Source: Patescibacteria group bacterium
Lineage (GTDB): Bacteria > Patescibacteriota > WWE3 > UBA101185 > 2-01-FULL-41-18
DNA length: 64,000 nt
Direction of reading: 5' to 3'
Assembly: GCA_038064575.1 (NCBI GenBank)
Contig: JBBTST010000003.1
Location: 6,751 to 70,750 of the forward strand
Below the pieces are notes generated by a model. It was given only the letters and a program-made list of their open reading frames with translations. It had not been told where the DNA came from and made no database searches. Positions within the stretch are counted from its first letter, which is position 1. Every line of letters begins with the position of its first letter. A program made the translations under genes and the position numbers. Positions 1 through 10,337 of the stretch are shown here, piece after piece.

Positions 1-1405
1 GCCAGGGGAAGACCTCTCTTCCAAGCGCTGTTAACTGGTAAACCCGCATGTCTTTCTTTGATAGCATAGAAATGGTGTTTGCATTCCAATAGTCTGATAA
101 ACCATATTTAAGGTTGTAAGTTTCTCTGTTTTCATCAATACACTTTACAAGAGACGGGTAATAATTGGTAAGTGAGTTTAGCTCTTTTGCGGATACCAAG
201 TTATAAAAACTAAAAAGCAAAACTGCGGGTACTGCAAACAAGCAAAAAAGGACTGATTTTAAGTGTTTAAGGGCTTCTAACTCAGCCAAAATAAGAATAT
301 GAAATAAGACAACAAAAAAAGGCAGAATCAAAAGAGGGGTCAGATATCTTAAATGCACTATACCCCTATACAACCTACTCAAAAGCGTTCCTGACAAGTC
401 AGAAAATGAGAGGAAAACAAAAAAAAGTGAGAATAAGATGAACCGCGGATTTGCGGTATAAGTTTTTAAAAGCTTCCCTTTTTTTGGAAACTTTTCAGCA
501 AAAAGAAAAAGAGCAATATTAAAGATGGAAAAGAGCAAAGCAAGAAAGAAAAGAATCGTACTTATCCACAGCTCATTAGAAAATGAGTATTCCACGGAGG
601 CTATGTTTACTGACAAAGTTTTATAATAGAAAAAAGAGCTAATGTCCTTAACAAAAGCAGCAACTGAGGTTTGATCCCACCCGGTTCTAGGACTTGTTGG
701 CAGGGGAATAAAATTAACATATAACAGATGCCCACAGGAAAATGCGGTAAAAAAAATCCCAAAGTAATAAATACTTCTTTTGAAGTAACCTTTTCCTCTC
801 TTAATAAGAGCGTATGCAAGCATTGCCAAAATAATAGGTATCATAAAATGGATGATCAGAAGTCTGTCAAAAGCCGTGGTTGCCAAAGTTAGAAAAAAAA
901 TAAGCAGGTATCTTAAAATAGTACCTTCCTCAAAAAACCACTTGAGGGTAAGAAAAAGTAAAAACAGACTAATCACAAGTGTGCCTACATGAAAATTAGG
1001 GGAAATTATAAAAGCCATTATCAAAAAAAAGTACCCTTTTGCAAATAAATGAATCAGAATTGATGAAAAAAGAAGCACAAGACCCTTACTAAAGGTGTTC
1101 TTTGAAAATAAGCCGAACAGCAAATAGAGACCCACAAAAATAAAAGCAAAAAGTAAAACTGCAGTGAAAACTATAGCCAGTTTAAAATTTGGTGAGAACA
1201 ACTCTATAAATATATAAACCAAAAAATCAGGAAAGAAAGAAGGGGAATCTGCAAACATCCAACCGTCAAAATCAAAACCGTCTTCAAAAATATCTTTATA
1301 GATTGTAGGGTGTGAAAGCGCATCGGAATTAAAAAAAAGCCGATTGTCTAAAGTCCCATTTACAACTGCCCCAAAAAAACTTAGAAAGGATAACAAAAGA
1401 AACAT
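1..1405 (-). CDS. polytopic integral membrane protein, 3'-partial (runs off window start); possible PMT/ArnT-like glycosyltransferase
   Basis: Minus-strand frame read by hand from ATG at 1403-1405 (MFLLLSFLSFFGAVVNG...) is open to position 1, with many hydrophobic segments. Absent from the ORF track because no in-window stop. Spot checks at 1-120 found no stop in frame. Confidence 0.4.
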   Translation of the reverse strand, partial: MFLLLSFLSFFGAVVNGTLDNRLFFNSDALSHPTIYKDIFEDGFDFDGWMFADSPSFFPDFLVYIFIELFSPNFKLAIVFTAVLLFAFIFVGLYLLFGLFSKNTFSKGLVLLFSSILIHLFAKGYFFLIMAFIISPNFHVGTLVISLFLLFLTLKWFFEEGTILRYLLIFFLTLATTAFDRLLIIHFMIPIILAMLAYALIKRGKGYFKRSIYYFGIFFTAFSCGHLLYVNFIPLPTSPRTGWDQTSVAAFVKDISSFFYYKTLSVNIASVEYSFSNELWISTILFFLALLFSIFNIALFLFAEKFPKKGKLLKTYTANPRFILFSLFFVFLSFSDLSGTLLSRLYRGIVHLRYLTPLLILPFFVVLFHILILAELEALKHLKSVLFCLFAVPAVLLFSFYNLVSAKELNSLTNYYPSLVKCIDENRETYNLKYGLSDYWNANTISMLSKKDMRVYQLTALGREVFPW

Positions 1406-1453
1406 GAAAAGCAAAATCCTTAATGTGTTTTCTTTGTTTTTTTTAATCATTCC

Positions 1454-3115
1454 TTACTTTCTCTTAAAAAACTTGTCTAATTCTTTTATAGAAAGTTCAA
1501 TTCTCACAGGTCTGCCGTGGGGACAAGTGTCCAGAAAGTCTGACCCCATAGCTTTTTCAACAAGTTTTTTCCTAGTTTCAGGGTCTATTTTATCTCCGGC
1601 TTTTATAGCGCTTCTACAGGCTATGGTAGCAAGCAGTTTATGACTCATGGAGTCAACGTTAGATACCGTTTTGATTTGAGAAAGCTCGTTTACTATTTCC
1701 AAAAGTAAGACATCCAAGCTTAGAGAAGAAAGCACGTAAGGCACTAAGCTTACTCTATAAGTGGTTGTACCAAACTCTTCAATTTCAAAGCCAAGCCCAT
1801 TTAGTAAATCAAGATGCTCATCCAAAACAGCTTTGAAATTTAGCGGGATGTCTATAATCACCGGAGTATCAAACCTATGATAGGTGTTTTTACCCTTTTC
1901 AAATTCTTTTTTTAACTCGTTAAAAAGTATTTTTTCATGAGTAGCGTGTTGATCAAATATCAAGATCTTGTTGTCTTTTGCACAAAGTAAGTAAAGGTTA
2001 CCAATCTGTAAAACCTCGTTTTCCTCTGAACCCTTTAAAAATAACCCCTGAGTACTAGAAAGTGCTTCAGATAAACCTTTATAACTTTCTTTAAACTTAT
2101 CATCTACAAACTCCACCCCAAATGCCAGATTGGCATCCCTAAGACTTCTTGTGACAGATTCAAAAATTGCGCTATTTACTTTTTTTTCTTCAAAAAAAAG
2201 CACTTCTTCTTTTCTGGGATGAATATTGGCGTCTATTTTAGAAGCAGGCATGTTCACAAAAACCACAGCAAGCGGGAAGGAGGGCGCATCCAATAAATCT
2301 GAGTAGGCTTTTTTTATAAGCTCACGCAAAGTTAATGATGAAATACATCTGTCATTTACATAAGTAAACATGTTATTTCTAAAAGGAAACCTGATCCCTG
2401 GGTGAGAAATAAAGCCGGAAATTTGTGTATCATCAACTGCAGTGTTTAGAGCAATCAGCCCATTAGTAACACTACTTCCAAAAGCCGTTCCGATTCTTGT
2501 TTTCAAAGTGCCCTTCTTAGCATTGAGAACTTCTTTTCCATTATGTAAAACTAGAAATGAAACTTGGGGATGAGAAAAAAGAAAAGGGATAATAGTATTT
2601 AATATAGCCTGGAAGTTGTGTTTCTGAGCGCTAAGAAAGGCTCTTCTGGGTGGTAAATTAATAAACAAGTCTTCCGCTATTACCTGTGTCCCAGACCTCA
2701 TTCCGGATACATCAAAGGAAAGTAGTTCTCCTCCTTTGAGCAAAGCTGTATAACCAAAGCTTTGACCCTTTGGCCTGCTTTTTAAAATGAGGTTGCTTAC
2801 CTGAGAAATACTGTACAGAGCCTCACCCCTAAAACCATAGGAAGAAATAAAACTTAAATCCTCCAAATTAGAAATTTTACTTGTTGTAAATTGTTTGAAA
2901 CAAAGTGCAATATCCTCCTTTTCCATGCCGGTACCATCGTCACTAACTTTAATTAGATCCAACCCAAAGTTTTTAAGCTCAATTGTGATTGTTTTTGATT
3001 TAGCGTCAAGAGAGTTTTCAATAAGTTCCTTAATAACTGCGCTGGGTCTGTGTATTACCTCTCCGGCTGCAATTTTTGACACAACATCTTTAGGCAAGAC
3101 TTTTATTTTCCCCAT
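1454..3115 (-). CDS. mutL: DNA mismatch repair protein MutL
   Basis: N-terminal GHKL ATPase motifs (KIAAGEVIHRPSAVIKELIENSLDA) are canonical MutL. 553 aa. Start is 4 nt downstream of the mutS stop. Confidence 0.9.
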   Translation of the reverse strand: MGKIKVLPKDVVSKIAAGEVIHRPSAVIKELIENSLDAKSKTITIELKNFGLDLIKVSDDGTGMEKEDIALCFKQFTTSKISNLEDLSFISSYGFRGEALYSISQVSNLILKSRPKGQSFGYTALLKGGELLSFDVSGMRSGTQVIAEDLFINLPPRRAFLSAQKHNFQAILNTIIPFLFSHPQVSFLVLHNGKEVLNAKKGTLKTRIGTAFGSSVTNGLIALNTAVDDTQISGFISHPGIRFPFRNNMFTYVNDRCISSLTLRELIKKAYSDLLDAPSFPLAVVFVNMPASKIDANIHPRKEEVLFFEEKKVNSAIFESVTRSLRDANLAFGVEFVDDKFKESYKGLSEALSSTQGLFLKGSEENEVLQIGNLYLLCAKDNKILIFDQHATHEKILFNELKKEFEKGKNTYHRFDTPVIIDIPLNFKAVLDEHLDLLNGLGFEIEEFGTTTYRVSLVPYVLSSLSLDVLLLEIVNELSQIKTVSNVDSMSHKLLATIACRSAIKAGDKIDPETRKKLVEKAMGSDFLDTCPHGRPVRIELSIKELDKFFKRK

Positions 3116-3118
3116 ACT

Positions 3119-5659
3119 TTACTTTACAACAACTATCTTTTTCTTTAATTCCTTGAGTTTTACATTTAGGGTATCAAGCTCTTTTGAAAAATCAACAAAA
3201 CTACCCTGAGCTTTAACAGCCTCCAACTCGTTAAGAATATGCAGGGCTCTTGAAGTAACTTCTTTTGGAACACCGGCAAGAGAGGCTACAGCTATACCAT
3301 AGCTATGACTTGCACCGCCTCTTACAACCCTGTGAATAAATACAGGACTCCCATCAATTTCTTTAACAGCAACTTGAAAATTTTTAACCTTTCTTGGTAA
3401 CAATTCCTCTAGCTTTTGAAGCTCATGATAATGAGTTGCAAACAAAGTCTTTGGTGTCTTCCCCCAGTCATTTTCAAGCAAGTACTCACATACTGCCCAT
3501 GCAATACTGATACCATCATAAGTACTGGTCCCACGCCCTACCTCATCCATTATCACAAGACTATTCTTTGTAGCATTATTAAGTATATTTGCGGTCTCTA
3601 CCATCTCTACCATAAATGTGGACAATCCGGAGGAAATCACATCAGACGCACCGCTTCTCACAAAAATCTTATCTACAATGCAAAGGCTTGCTTTACTTGC
3701 CGGCACAAATGATCCCATTTGGTTAAGCAGACAAATAAGTGCTATTTGTCTTACAAAAACTGATTTTCCGGACATATTCGGGCCAGTCAAAATTAGCATT
3801 TGATTCGTGTGAAGGTCCAAGGTAACGGTGTTAGGAACAAAGTCCCCTGTTGGCAACAACCTTTCCACCATAGGATGCCGCCCATTAATAATTGTTATTG
3901 ATCCTTTGTTTTGAATACTTGGTCTGACATAATCAAAACTGATAGCTAACTTTGCAAAAGATAACAAACAATCCAAAAGTGCTACAGCCGATGAAGCCTT
4001 CTTAATAACCAAGCATTTCTCCAATATACCCCCGCAAAGACTTTTGAAAATGGTGTATTCTATTTCCTCCATTTGTTCTTGAGCAGATAAGATTATTTCT
4101 TCATGTTTTTTAAGCTCTTCAGTTATGAATCGTTCCCCATTTACCAGCGTTTGTTTTCTCAGGTAATCAGAAGGCACATGCTCTGCATTGGTCTTGCTAA
4201 CCTCAATATAATAACCAAAAACTTTGTTAAACCTAACTTTTAAAGAATTTATTCCACTTCTTGCTTTCTCTTTTGCTTCCAAAGAAGCAATAAATTCTTT
4301 GCTGCCTTTGATTTTTGTTCTAAGCGTATCAAGTTTCACATTGACTCCGCTTTTCACAAAGCCTCCTGACTTAGAATCAAAAGGAGGTTCTTCAAGCAGC
4401 GTGCTTTCTATTTTTTCAATAAGTGTAGCTAAGTTTGCATCAATTTCCTTTTGCAAGTGCTTGAAAAGGTTGGATTTACAATCCTTTAATAACTCTTTGA
4501 CTTCCAAAATTTTGACAAGAGAGGCTTTCAAGAAAATTAGATCCGCTGGTCCGCATAAAAGAGCGGAGACCCTAGCAATAATACGCTCAACGTCACCTAC
4601 CTGAGACAAAAGATCTTTAAGTTTAGCTCTTAAATAAGCTTTTTTTACCAATTCTTCAACACAGGCATGCCTATCAATAATGTGCTTCTTATTAAGCAGA
4701 GGTTTAAACATTAATTCTCTTAGTTTTCTGCCACCCATTGAAGTAAGCGAGCCATCAATAACTTCCAACAGAGTTCCACGCTTTTCCCTATCTCTTATTG
4801 TTGAAGAAAGTTCCAGATTAACAATTGTGGCTTTATCAAGGCTCATAAACTCATGGCCTCCCAATAATTTTAATTCTCTTATCTGATAAACTTTGTCTTT
4901 TTGGGTATATTTAAGATAACCCAAAAGCACTGAAGCAGCTCTGACTGCATACTCTTTACCCTCCAAACCAAAGCCAAGAAGAGACCCTACCTTAAAATGG
5001 TTTATTAAATGCTCTTGGGCTCTGTTAACAAAAAGCTCCCAATCGGAAAAAGGGAAAATGCTCCCATCACAGGCCTCCCTAATAGTTTTAAGAAGCTCAG
5101 AATTCTCATAATTTTCTTTGTGTAACAAGACTTCTGAAGGATTTAGCCTGGCAAGCTCATTCTTCAGCGATTCAAACGGTGAGGCAGTTTCCCATTGGGA
5201 AACAAAAAAATCCCCGGTAGAAATATCTGCACAAGCAATGGCTAAAAACACGCCTTTTACTTCTATACTACACACATAGTTATTTTTATTTTTGTCCAGA
5301 ATATGCTCATCAAGAATAGTACCAGGAGTAATAACCCTTACAACATCCCTTTTAACAAGTCCTTTGACTTTTGAAGGATCTTCAAGCTGTTCGCAAATTG
5401 CGATTTTAAAGCCATTTCTTACAAGCTTTGCAAGATATGAATCTACAGCGTGATAGGGAACTCCACACATTGGTATCCTCCCATCTTTTCCGCGCGAACG
5501 GCTGGTTAGCGTAATATCAAGAACTGATGAGGCTTTCTTTGCATCCTCCAGAAACATCTCATAAAAATCTCCTAGTCTAAAAAAAAGCAAACAATCAGGA
5601 TATCTTTTTTTAATGTCCTGGTACTGCTTCATCATTGGAGTTGAAAACTGATCATTCAT
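3119..5659 (-). CDS. mutS: DNA mismatch repair protein MutS
   Basis: N-terminal mismatch-binding motif FYEMF/GDFYE. Walker A GPNMSGKS. 846 aa. Confidence 0.92.
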   Translation of the reverse strand: MNDQFSTPMMKQYQDIKKRYPDCLLFFRLGDFYEMFLEDAKKASSVLDITLTSRSRGKDGRIPMCGVPYHAVDSYLAKLVRNGFKIAICEQLEDPSKVKGLVKRDVVRVITPGTILDEHILDKNKNNYVCSIEVKGVFLAIACADISTGDFFVSQWETASPFESLKNELARLNPSEVLLHKENYENSELLKTIREACDGSIFPFSDWELFVNRAQEHLINHFKVGSLLGFGLEGKEYAVRAASVLLGYLKYTQKDKVYQIRELKLLGGHEFMSLDKATIVNLELSSTIRDREKRGTLLEVIDGSLTSMGGRKLRELMFKPLLNKKHIIDRHACVEELVKKAYLRAKLKDLLSQVGDVERIIARVSALLCGPADLIFLKASLVKILEVKELLKDCKSNLFKHLQKEIDANLATLIEKIESTLLEEPPFDSKSGGFVKSGVNVKLDTLRTKIKGSKEFIASLEAKEKARSGINSLKVRFNKVFGYYIEVSKTNAEHVPSDYLRKQTLVNGERFITEELKKHEEIILSAQEQMEEIEYTIFKSLCGGILEKCLVIKKASSAVALLDCLLSFAKLAISFDYVRPSIQNKGSITIINGRHPMVERLLPTGDFVPNTVTLDLHTNQMLILTGPNMSGKSVFVRQIALICLLNQMGSFVPASKASLCIVDKIFVRSGASDVISSGLSTFMVEMVETANILNNATKNSLVIMDEVGRGTSTYDGISIAWAVCEYLLENDWGKTPKTLFATHYHELQKLEELLPRKVKNFQVAVKEIDGSPVFIHRVVRGGASHSYGIAVASLAGVPKEVTSRALHILNELEAVKAQGSFVDFSKELDTLNVKLKELKKKIVVVK

Positions 5660-5747
5660 GATAGGACCATTTTAACAAATCCCATAAAAGGAGTACCAAA
5701 TTGGAAACCTATAAGGTATATTCAATTTAAGAAAGGATCAGATAAAC

Positions 5748-5972
5748 ATGACCGTTACAATTGTATTAATAGAACCCGAAGTTGAAATTACTGTAGACGG
5801 GGTCAAATACAAAGTGGGGGAAGCCCCCTGTAAACTCATGAATACTGCACTTGAGATGCATTTTATCCAAGGAGGCTGGGTTGATGGGTTGATAGTCCTA
5901 GCAGCTGCCGGAAACGGTAGGAGAAAAACCTTCAAGGTTGAAAAAATTGGAAGGATACTTATTAGCAACTGA
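5748..5972 (+). CDS. hypothetical small protein (74 aa)
   Basis: ORF in the 425-bp mutS upstream intergenic region, preceded by AAAGGA. No recognisable domain. Confidence 0.25.
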   Translation: MTVTIVLIEPEVEITVDGVKYKVGEAPCKLMNTALEMHFIQGGWVDGLIVLAAAGNGRRKTFKVEKIGRILISN

Positions 5973-6085
5973 GCGGAGATTTTGAATGTGAATCTTCGCT
6001 CAATTACTTTTTAATTTGTGCTTTACACTATATTAGTCTGTTCAACATTGACTAATTAGATTATAATCTTAGCAGAGGAGGAAAT

Positions 6086-6751
6086 ATGAAACTTAGATTA
6101 CTTGCAGCTCTTATAACCGTCACCATTACAATTGTGATGTTTCCGGGAGCATCATATGCTAAAGAGGGATCTGATGCTCAAGATAGTACAGAATCCACAA
6201 AACCCGCACCTCCAAGCTGGAAAGAAAAACTTAAAAATTTTCTTGATTTAAGAAAACAAAAAAAAGATGAGTATCAGCAAAATAAAGAAAACTTCAAGCA
6301 GGAAAAAAAAGAACTTAAAGAGCAGTTCGTTGAGAATAAGTGCGATGTTGCAACAAAGAGAATAGACACAAAGATTAATGCTTTTGATCAAAACAAAGCA
6401 AGACATATTGAGCGCTATAATCTCCTTAAAGATAAAATAAAGAATTTTATAGATCGGGCAAAAGCCAAAGGTCTTAACACATCTAAGCTTGAAGCCGATC
6501 TTGCCACGCTTGACGAGAAGATCAAAAAATTTGCGACAGACTATGCAAATTACATTAAAGAACTGCGAGATACAAAGGCATTTGCCTGCGGTAACTCCGA
6601 GGGGCAATTCAAACAAGCTCTTTCTGAGGCAAGAGAGGCTATGAAAAAAGTTCATGAAGATGCCAAGGATATAAGGCACTTCTATACCCAAACAATCAAA
6701 GAGGACCTAAAGGCATTGAGGCAACAGCTAAAAAACACGACCACAGAATAA
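6086..6751 (+). CDS. secreted lysine-rich coiled-coil protein
   Basis: N-terminal signal peptide (…ASYA/KEG) and GGAGG RBS 7 nt upstream. K/E-rich heptad-like sequence. Confidence 0.5.
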   Translation: MKLRLLAALITVTITIVMFPGASYAKEGSDAQDSTESTKPAPPSWKEKLKNFLDLRKQKKDEYQQNKENFKQEKKELKEQFVENKCDVATKRIDTKINAFDQNKARHIERYNLLKDKIKNFIDRAKAKGLNTSKLEADLATLDEKIKKFATDYANYIKELRDTKAFACGNSEGQFKQALSEAREAMKKVHEDAKDIRHFYTQTIKEDLKALRQQLKNTTTE

Positions 6752-6771
6752 TTAAGCGTTGTGATTGTAAT

Positions 6772-7089
6772 ATGAAATTTAAATTTTTACTTGTTTTTGT
6801 GTCGATTATAGCGATAATGGGGCTCTTCTCCCTCAAAGGGCAGAATAAGACTACAGCACCAGAAGTCGCTAACGCTACGGACGAATCTTTCATAACCGAA
6901 GAGGATTTTACTGACTTTGACCTTGATTCCAACCTTGAACTTCTGCAACCCGATGTAGATACCGACCTGGGCGCCTCAACAACTTTGAAAGATGAAGATT
7001 TGGAGAAAGAGCTGGAGGCACTTGATAACACCATGGAAAATACAAATCCCGACGATTTTTCTGATGATTTAGACGATCTAGCCCAATAA
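6772..7089 (+). CDS. small secreted acidic protein
   Basis: Signal-peptide-like N-terminus and a D/E-rich C-terminus. Sits directly after the previous gene. Confidence 0.4.
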   Translation: MKFKFLLVFVSIIAIMGLFSLKGQNKTTAPEVANATDESFITEEDFTDFDLDSNLELLQPDVDTDLGASTTLKDEDLEKELEALDNTMENTNPDDFSDDLDDLAQ

Positions 7090-7094
7090 AACCT

Positions 7095-8816
7095 TTAAAC
7101 CAAAGCTACTTTTGATTTTTCCTCATCTATAACCCCCTTTTCAATTTTCTTAAATAGAGGCTTTGCTTCAGACACTTTTACCACCCTAAGATCTTTTGAT
7201 CGAGTTAAGACGTCCTTCCAACAATCCGGCTTTTGTATAGAAAGCATGGCATAAACTTTTTGACACGTATCAGGAATTAAAGGAAGCAAAAGATCGGTAA
7301 GGACCAAGACCGCAAAGGTTAGATTTTTTACAACAGTATCATAGGCCTTTTTATTATCTTTGTTCTTCCACGGTTCTTTGCTCGTCAGGTACTCATTTGC
7401 AAAAGAAGACAGTTTTAAAACAGCTTCAAGGTAGCTTTTGTATTCACAATGGTCCAAATGATTACAGGCGTTTTCATAAGCTGCTTTTACTTTTTCAAAA
7501 ACGGTGGTGTCGACCTCATAAGACCCTTGCAAAAAATCAACATCTTTTGCAAGCGTTAGAACCCGGTTTATCAGATTTCCAAAGTTTCCAATAAGAACAT
7601 TGTTAACTTTCTGGTAAAAATCCTCCCAAGAGAAATTAGCGTCGGAATTTTCCGGCATTATCAAACAAAGATAAAAACGTAAAATGTCATTGCCATACTT
7701 CTCAACAGCATATCTAGTGTCAACAATGACCTCTCTGCTCTTAGAAAACTTTTTACCTTCAAGGTTTAAAAACTGATTGATTGCAAAAAAGTTGGGGAGG
7801 TTCAGCTTCTCATCATACCCGTGAAGCTGTCCCGGCCAAAAAAGTGTATGGAAAATGAGGTTGTCTTTACCCATAAAGTAATAATGTGTTGAATCCCCGC
7901 CAAACCAAAACTTCCTCCAATCGCCTTTTTTTAAGAGGTCACCCCACTCAATACTTGCAGATAAGTAACCAATTACAGCATCAAACCACACATAAATTCT
8001 TTTGTTTTCTATGCCTGAAATCTTTTGATCGTTGGGAATTCTATCAAGCGGAAGTTCAACACCCCAGTCAAGATCACGGGTAATTGCTCTTGCTTTAAGA
8101 CCCTGCTTTAACCAACCCAATGTTTCGTTAAACACCCAATCGCGCCAGCCAAGCTCATGAAGATGCGGCATTTCAACATATTCTTCCAAGAATTCCTGAA
8201 AGAGAGGCCAGTCTAAAAAATAATGCTCGGATTCTTTTAGCACAACAGGACTTCCGGATACCCTGCTCACAGGCTTCAAAAGTTCCCCCTGATCAAGAAC
8301 CGCCCCACATTTCTCACACTGGTCACTTCGAGCACCATCAAAACCGCATTTTGGGCACTTTCCTTCAACGTAGCGATCGGGCAAAAACCTGTTCTCGTTA
8401 TTGGAGTAGTACTGCATAGAAACACCTTTAAAGATATAACCTTTTTCCAAAAGCTTTAGAAAAATGTCTTGAGTCACCTTTTTGTGGTTTTCCGTGTCGG
8501 TTTTTGTGTAAAGGTCATAAGAGAGTCCAAGAAGGTCAAAGAGCTCCACATCTCTGGCGTGATAACCGGCAACTACTTCTTTTGGTGTCTTGCCACTTTT
8601 GTCCGCCTCTACCGTTATGGGAGTTCCAAAGCAATCCGAACCCGAAACCATTAAGACGTCTCTCCCACGCAGCCTGTTATATCTTGCGCAAATGTCTGAG
8701 GGCAAAAGATAACCTGCATAATGCCCTATGTGAAGATCCCCATTCACATACGGCCAGGCAACGCCTATAAATACTTTGTTTTTTGGTTTGCTTGGTATCA
8801 CAACTGGCAAGGTCAT
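7095..8816 (-). CDS. metG: methionyl-tRNA synthetase
   Basis: Class I HIGH motif (LHIGHYAG) and KMSKS variant KFSKS. Zinc knuckles CPKCG…CEKCG. Confidence 0.9.
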   Translation of the reverse strand: MTLPVVIPSKPKNKVFIGVAWPYVNGDLHIGHYAGYLLPSDICARYNRLRGRDVLMVSGSDCFGTPITVEADKSGKTPKEVVAGYHARDVELFDLLGLSYDLYTKTDTENHKKVTQDIFLKLLEKGYIFKGVSMQYYSNNENRFLPDRYVEGKCPKCGFDGARSDQCEKCGAVLDQGELLKPVSRVSGSPVVLKESEHYFLDWPLFQEFLEEYVEMPHLHELGWRDWVFNETLGWLKQGLKARAITRDLDWGVELPLDRIPNDQKISGIENKRIYVWFDAVIGYLSASIEWGDLLKKGDWRKFWFGGDSTHYYFMGKDNLIFHTLFWPGQLHGYDEKLNLPNFFAINQFLNLEGKKFSKSREVIVDTRYAVEKYGNDILRFYLCLIMPENSDANFSWEDFYQKVNNVLIGNFGNLINRVLTLAKDVDFLQGSYEVDTTVFEKVKAAYENACNHLDHCEYKSYLEAVLKLSSFANEYLTSKEPWKNKDNKKAYDTVVKNLTFAVLVLTDLLLPLIPDTCQKVYAMLSIQKPDCWKDVLTRSKDLRVVKVSEAKPLFKKIEKGVIDEEKSKVALV

Positions 8817-8871
8817 AGCTGAAAGTATAGACTAAAAGATAATGTGCGCAAAAGGTTAAATTAGGTTGAGA

Positions 8872-9135
8872 TTAGAAAGAATTCTCCCAAAAGTTATGAG
8901 ACACATTTTGCTCACAAAAACACTTGGTTTCCGGCTCGTTACACTTTGCACATTTTCTAAGCAGAAATCTTGCCCCGCACACATGATTAGCATCATAAGC
9001 TTCCGTTTCAACCCCACAGGACTCACACTTAAAGCCTTTAACTTCCCCTCCGCACATTATGCAAAAATCTTTTCTTAAACTTTCACCACCTGCTTTTAAA
9101 GTCATACTAAAAACTCTATAGTTATTATATATCAC
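8872..9135 (-). CDS. small multi-zinc-ribbon protein
   Basis: Several CxxC pairs (CIMCGG…CESCG…CAKCN…CFC). The real start is probably an internal Met (MTLKAGG…). Confidence 0.4.
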   Translation of the reverse strand: MIYNNYRVFSMTLKAGGESLRKDFCIMCGGEVKGFKCESCGVETEAYDANHVCGARFLLRKCAKCNEPETKCFCEQNVSHNFWENSF

Positions 9136-9212
9136 AAAAATTCACTTGGGAGGAAACTATGTTCACCGCATACTCATCCCTCCATCTTTGTAAGCAGGCC
9201 TTCTTTTAAAAT

Positions 9213-10268
9213 TTATTTCCAAAAAGCCTTTGATGCGTTCCAGAAAAAAGGCTCGTTGTTAAACTCCTTTTCCCAGTACCACCACTCAGCACCCCAAAAA
9301 TAAAACGCGCCGATTCCGGTTTTTTGAGCATAGCTCATTGTTTCAAAAAACTTATCCTTAGACATGGTTCTATCTTTCACATCCAAAGTTAACTCATTAA
9401 CAGCACCATCCCCCCAAGGCTCTGCCTGAAGCTCAAGAACAACTACTTTATCAAGAGGTATTCCAAGTATTCTGGCTTTTAAGGGATAGGACCAATGGGA
9501 TAAGGGATAAGTAAAAAAGATGTGCTTCCCAAAAATTACCCCCCAGAAGTCATACCAGATTCTTCTGTACATACTAATCCCAAGGTAGTCACCAAGCTTA
9601 TAGGTTGGCAGCCAAAAGCCCCCCTCACCGCTGTCCTGCACAATTATTGGTCTGGAATCTAGTAAGCGAACCAGATTAACCTCACTTCTGACAAATTCCC
9701 ATCTAGGAAAGTCACACTCTCCAAAAGGAAAATATGGCTCGTTTTCAACTTGCCAGATTTTTATATTGTCATAGTTTTTAAAGTGTTCAACCTCTACTTT
9801 GAGAAGTTCCAGAAGTCTTTTTTCTTGTTCCTGGTCAGATAACTTCTTAGCCCATTTAGGCAAATGGCACTCCGGCCATCTTGGTACTTTTCTACCAAGA
9901 GCCAAAACAACACTTACATTTCTTTTTTTAGCTTCAGTAAGCTGCCAATCAAGCTCTGAAAAATCATAAATACCTCTTTCCTTCTCAATTTTGCTCCAGT
10001 ACGCAACAAGCCTTAGATTGTTAACTTTAAGATCATCTAGCAGAGCCAGATAAACTTTTTTCCAGTCTCCAGTTAGAAACTGGGCATATTCAGGTGAAAA
10101 ATTAGCCCCATAAGTAATGTCCTGTGAAGGCTTAACATCAAGAGCTATAGCAAAAAGAAAAGGGATGATAAGAAATACAAAAAATAAAACAAGAGTAAGC
10201 TGAACTAATTTATTAGAAAGAATTTTTGTAAGGTCTCTTGATAAGTGCCGTGGAAGGTTTGAGGGCAT
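9213..10268 (-). CDS. membrane-anchored glycoside hydrolase, GH5/clan GH-A-like
   Basis: N-terminal TM helix. VENEPYF motif resembles the NEP acid/base motif of GH5-type TIM-barrel glycosidases. Confidence 0.45.
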   Translation of the reverse strand: MPSNLPRHLSRDLTKILSNKLVQLTLVLFFVFLIIPFLFAIALDVKPSQDITYGANFSPEYAQFLTGDWKKVYLALLDDLKVNNLRLVAYWSKIEKERGIYDFSELDWQLTEAKKRNVSVVLALGRKVPRWPECHLPKWAKKLSDQEQEKRLLELLKVEVEHFKNYDNIKIWQVENEPYFPFGECDFPRWEFVRSEVNLVRLLDSRPIIVQDSGEGGFWLPTYKLGDYLGISMYRRIWYDFWGVIFGKHIFFTYPLSHWSYPLKARILGIPLDKVVVLELQAEPWGDGAVNELTLDVKDRTMSKDKFFETMSYAQKTGIGAFYFWGAEWWYWEKEFNNEPFFWNASKAFWK

Positions 10269-10337
10269 AAATCAATAATAACAAATCCAAGGCTTTATTG
10301 ATTGTGCCCAGGTTCTACCAAAAGGACTAAATGAATG

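Noticed and set aside
607-819. 70-aa minus-strand ORF in the ORF track
   Set aside because: Lies in a different frame fully inside the longer open membrane-protein frame (1..1405, minus strand) that runs off the window. Composition is inconsistent with the neighbouring frame. Likely spurious.
1344-1643. 99-aa plus-strand ORF
   Set aside because: Antisense overlap with the mutL 3' end and with the membrane-protein start. A-rich strand artefact.
2895-4886. Several 60-126 aa plus-strand ORFs (2895-3209, 3416-3712, 3618-3803, 4224-4604, 4680-4886)
   Set aside because: All lie antisense inside the well-supported mutL/mutS genes, with low-complexity, S/L-rich translations.
8817-8871. Possible T-box or leader upstream of metG
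   Set aside because: Only 55 nt separate metG from the preceding gene, which is too short for a T-box riboswitch.
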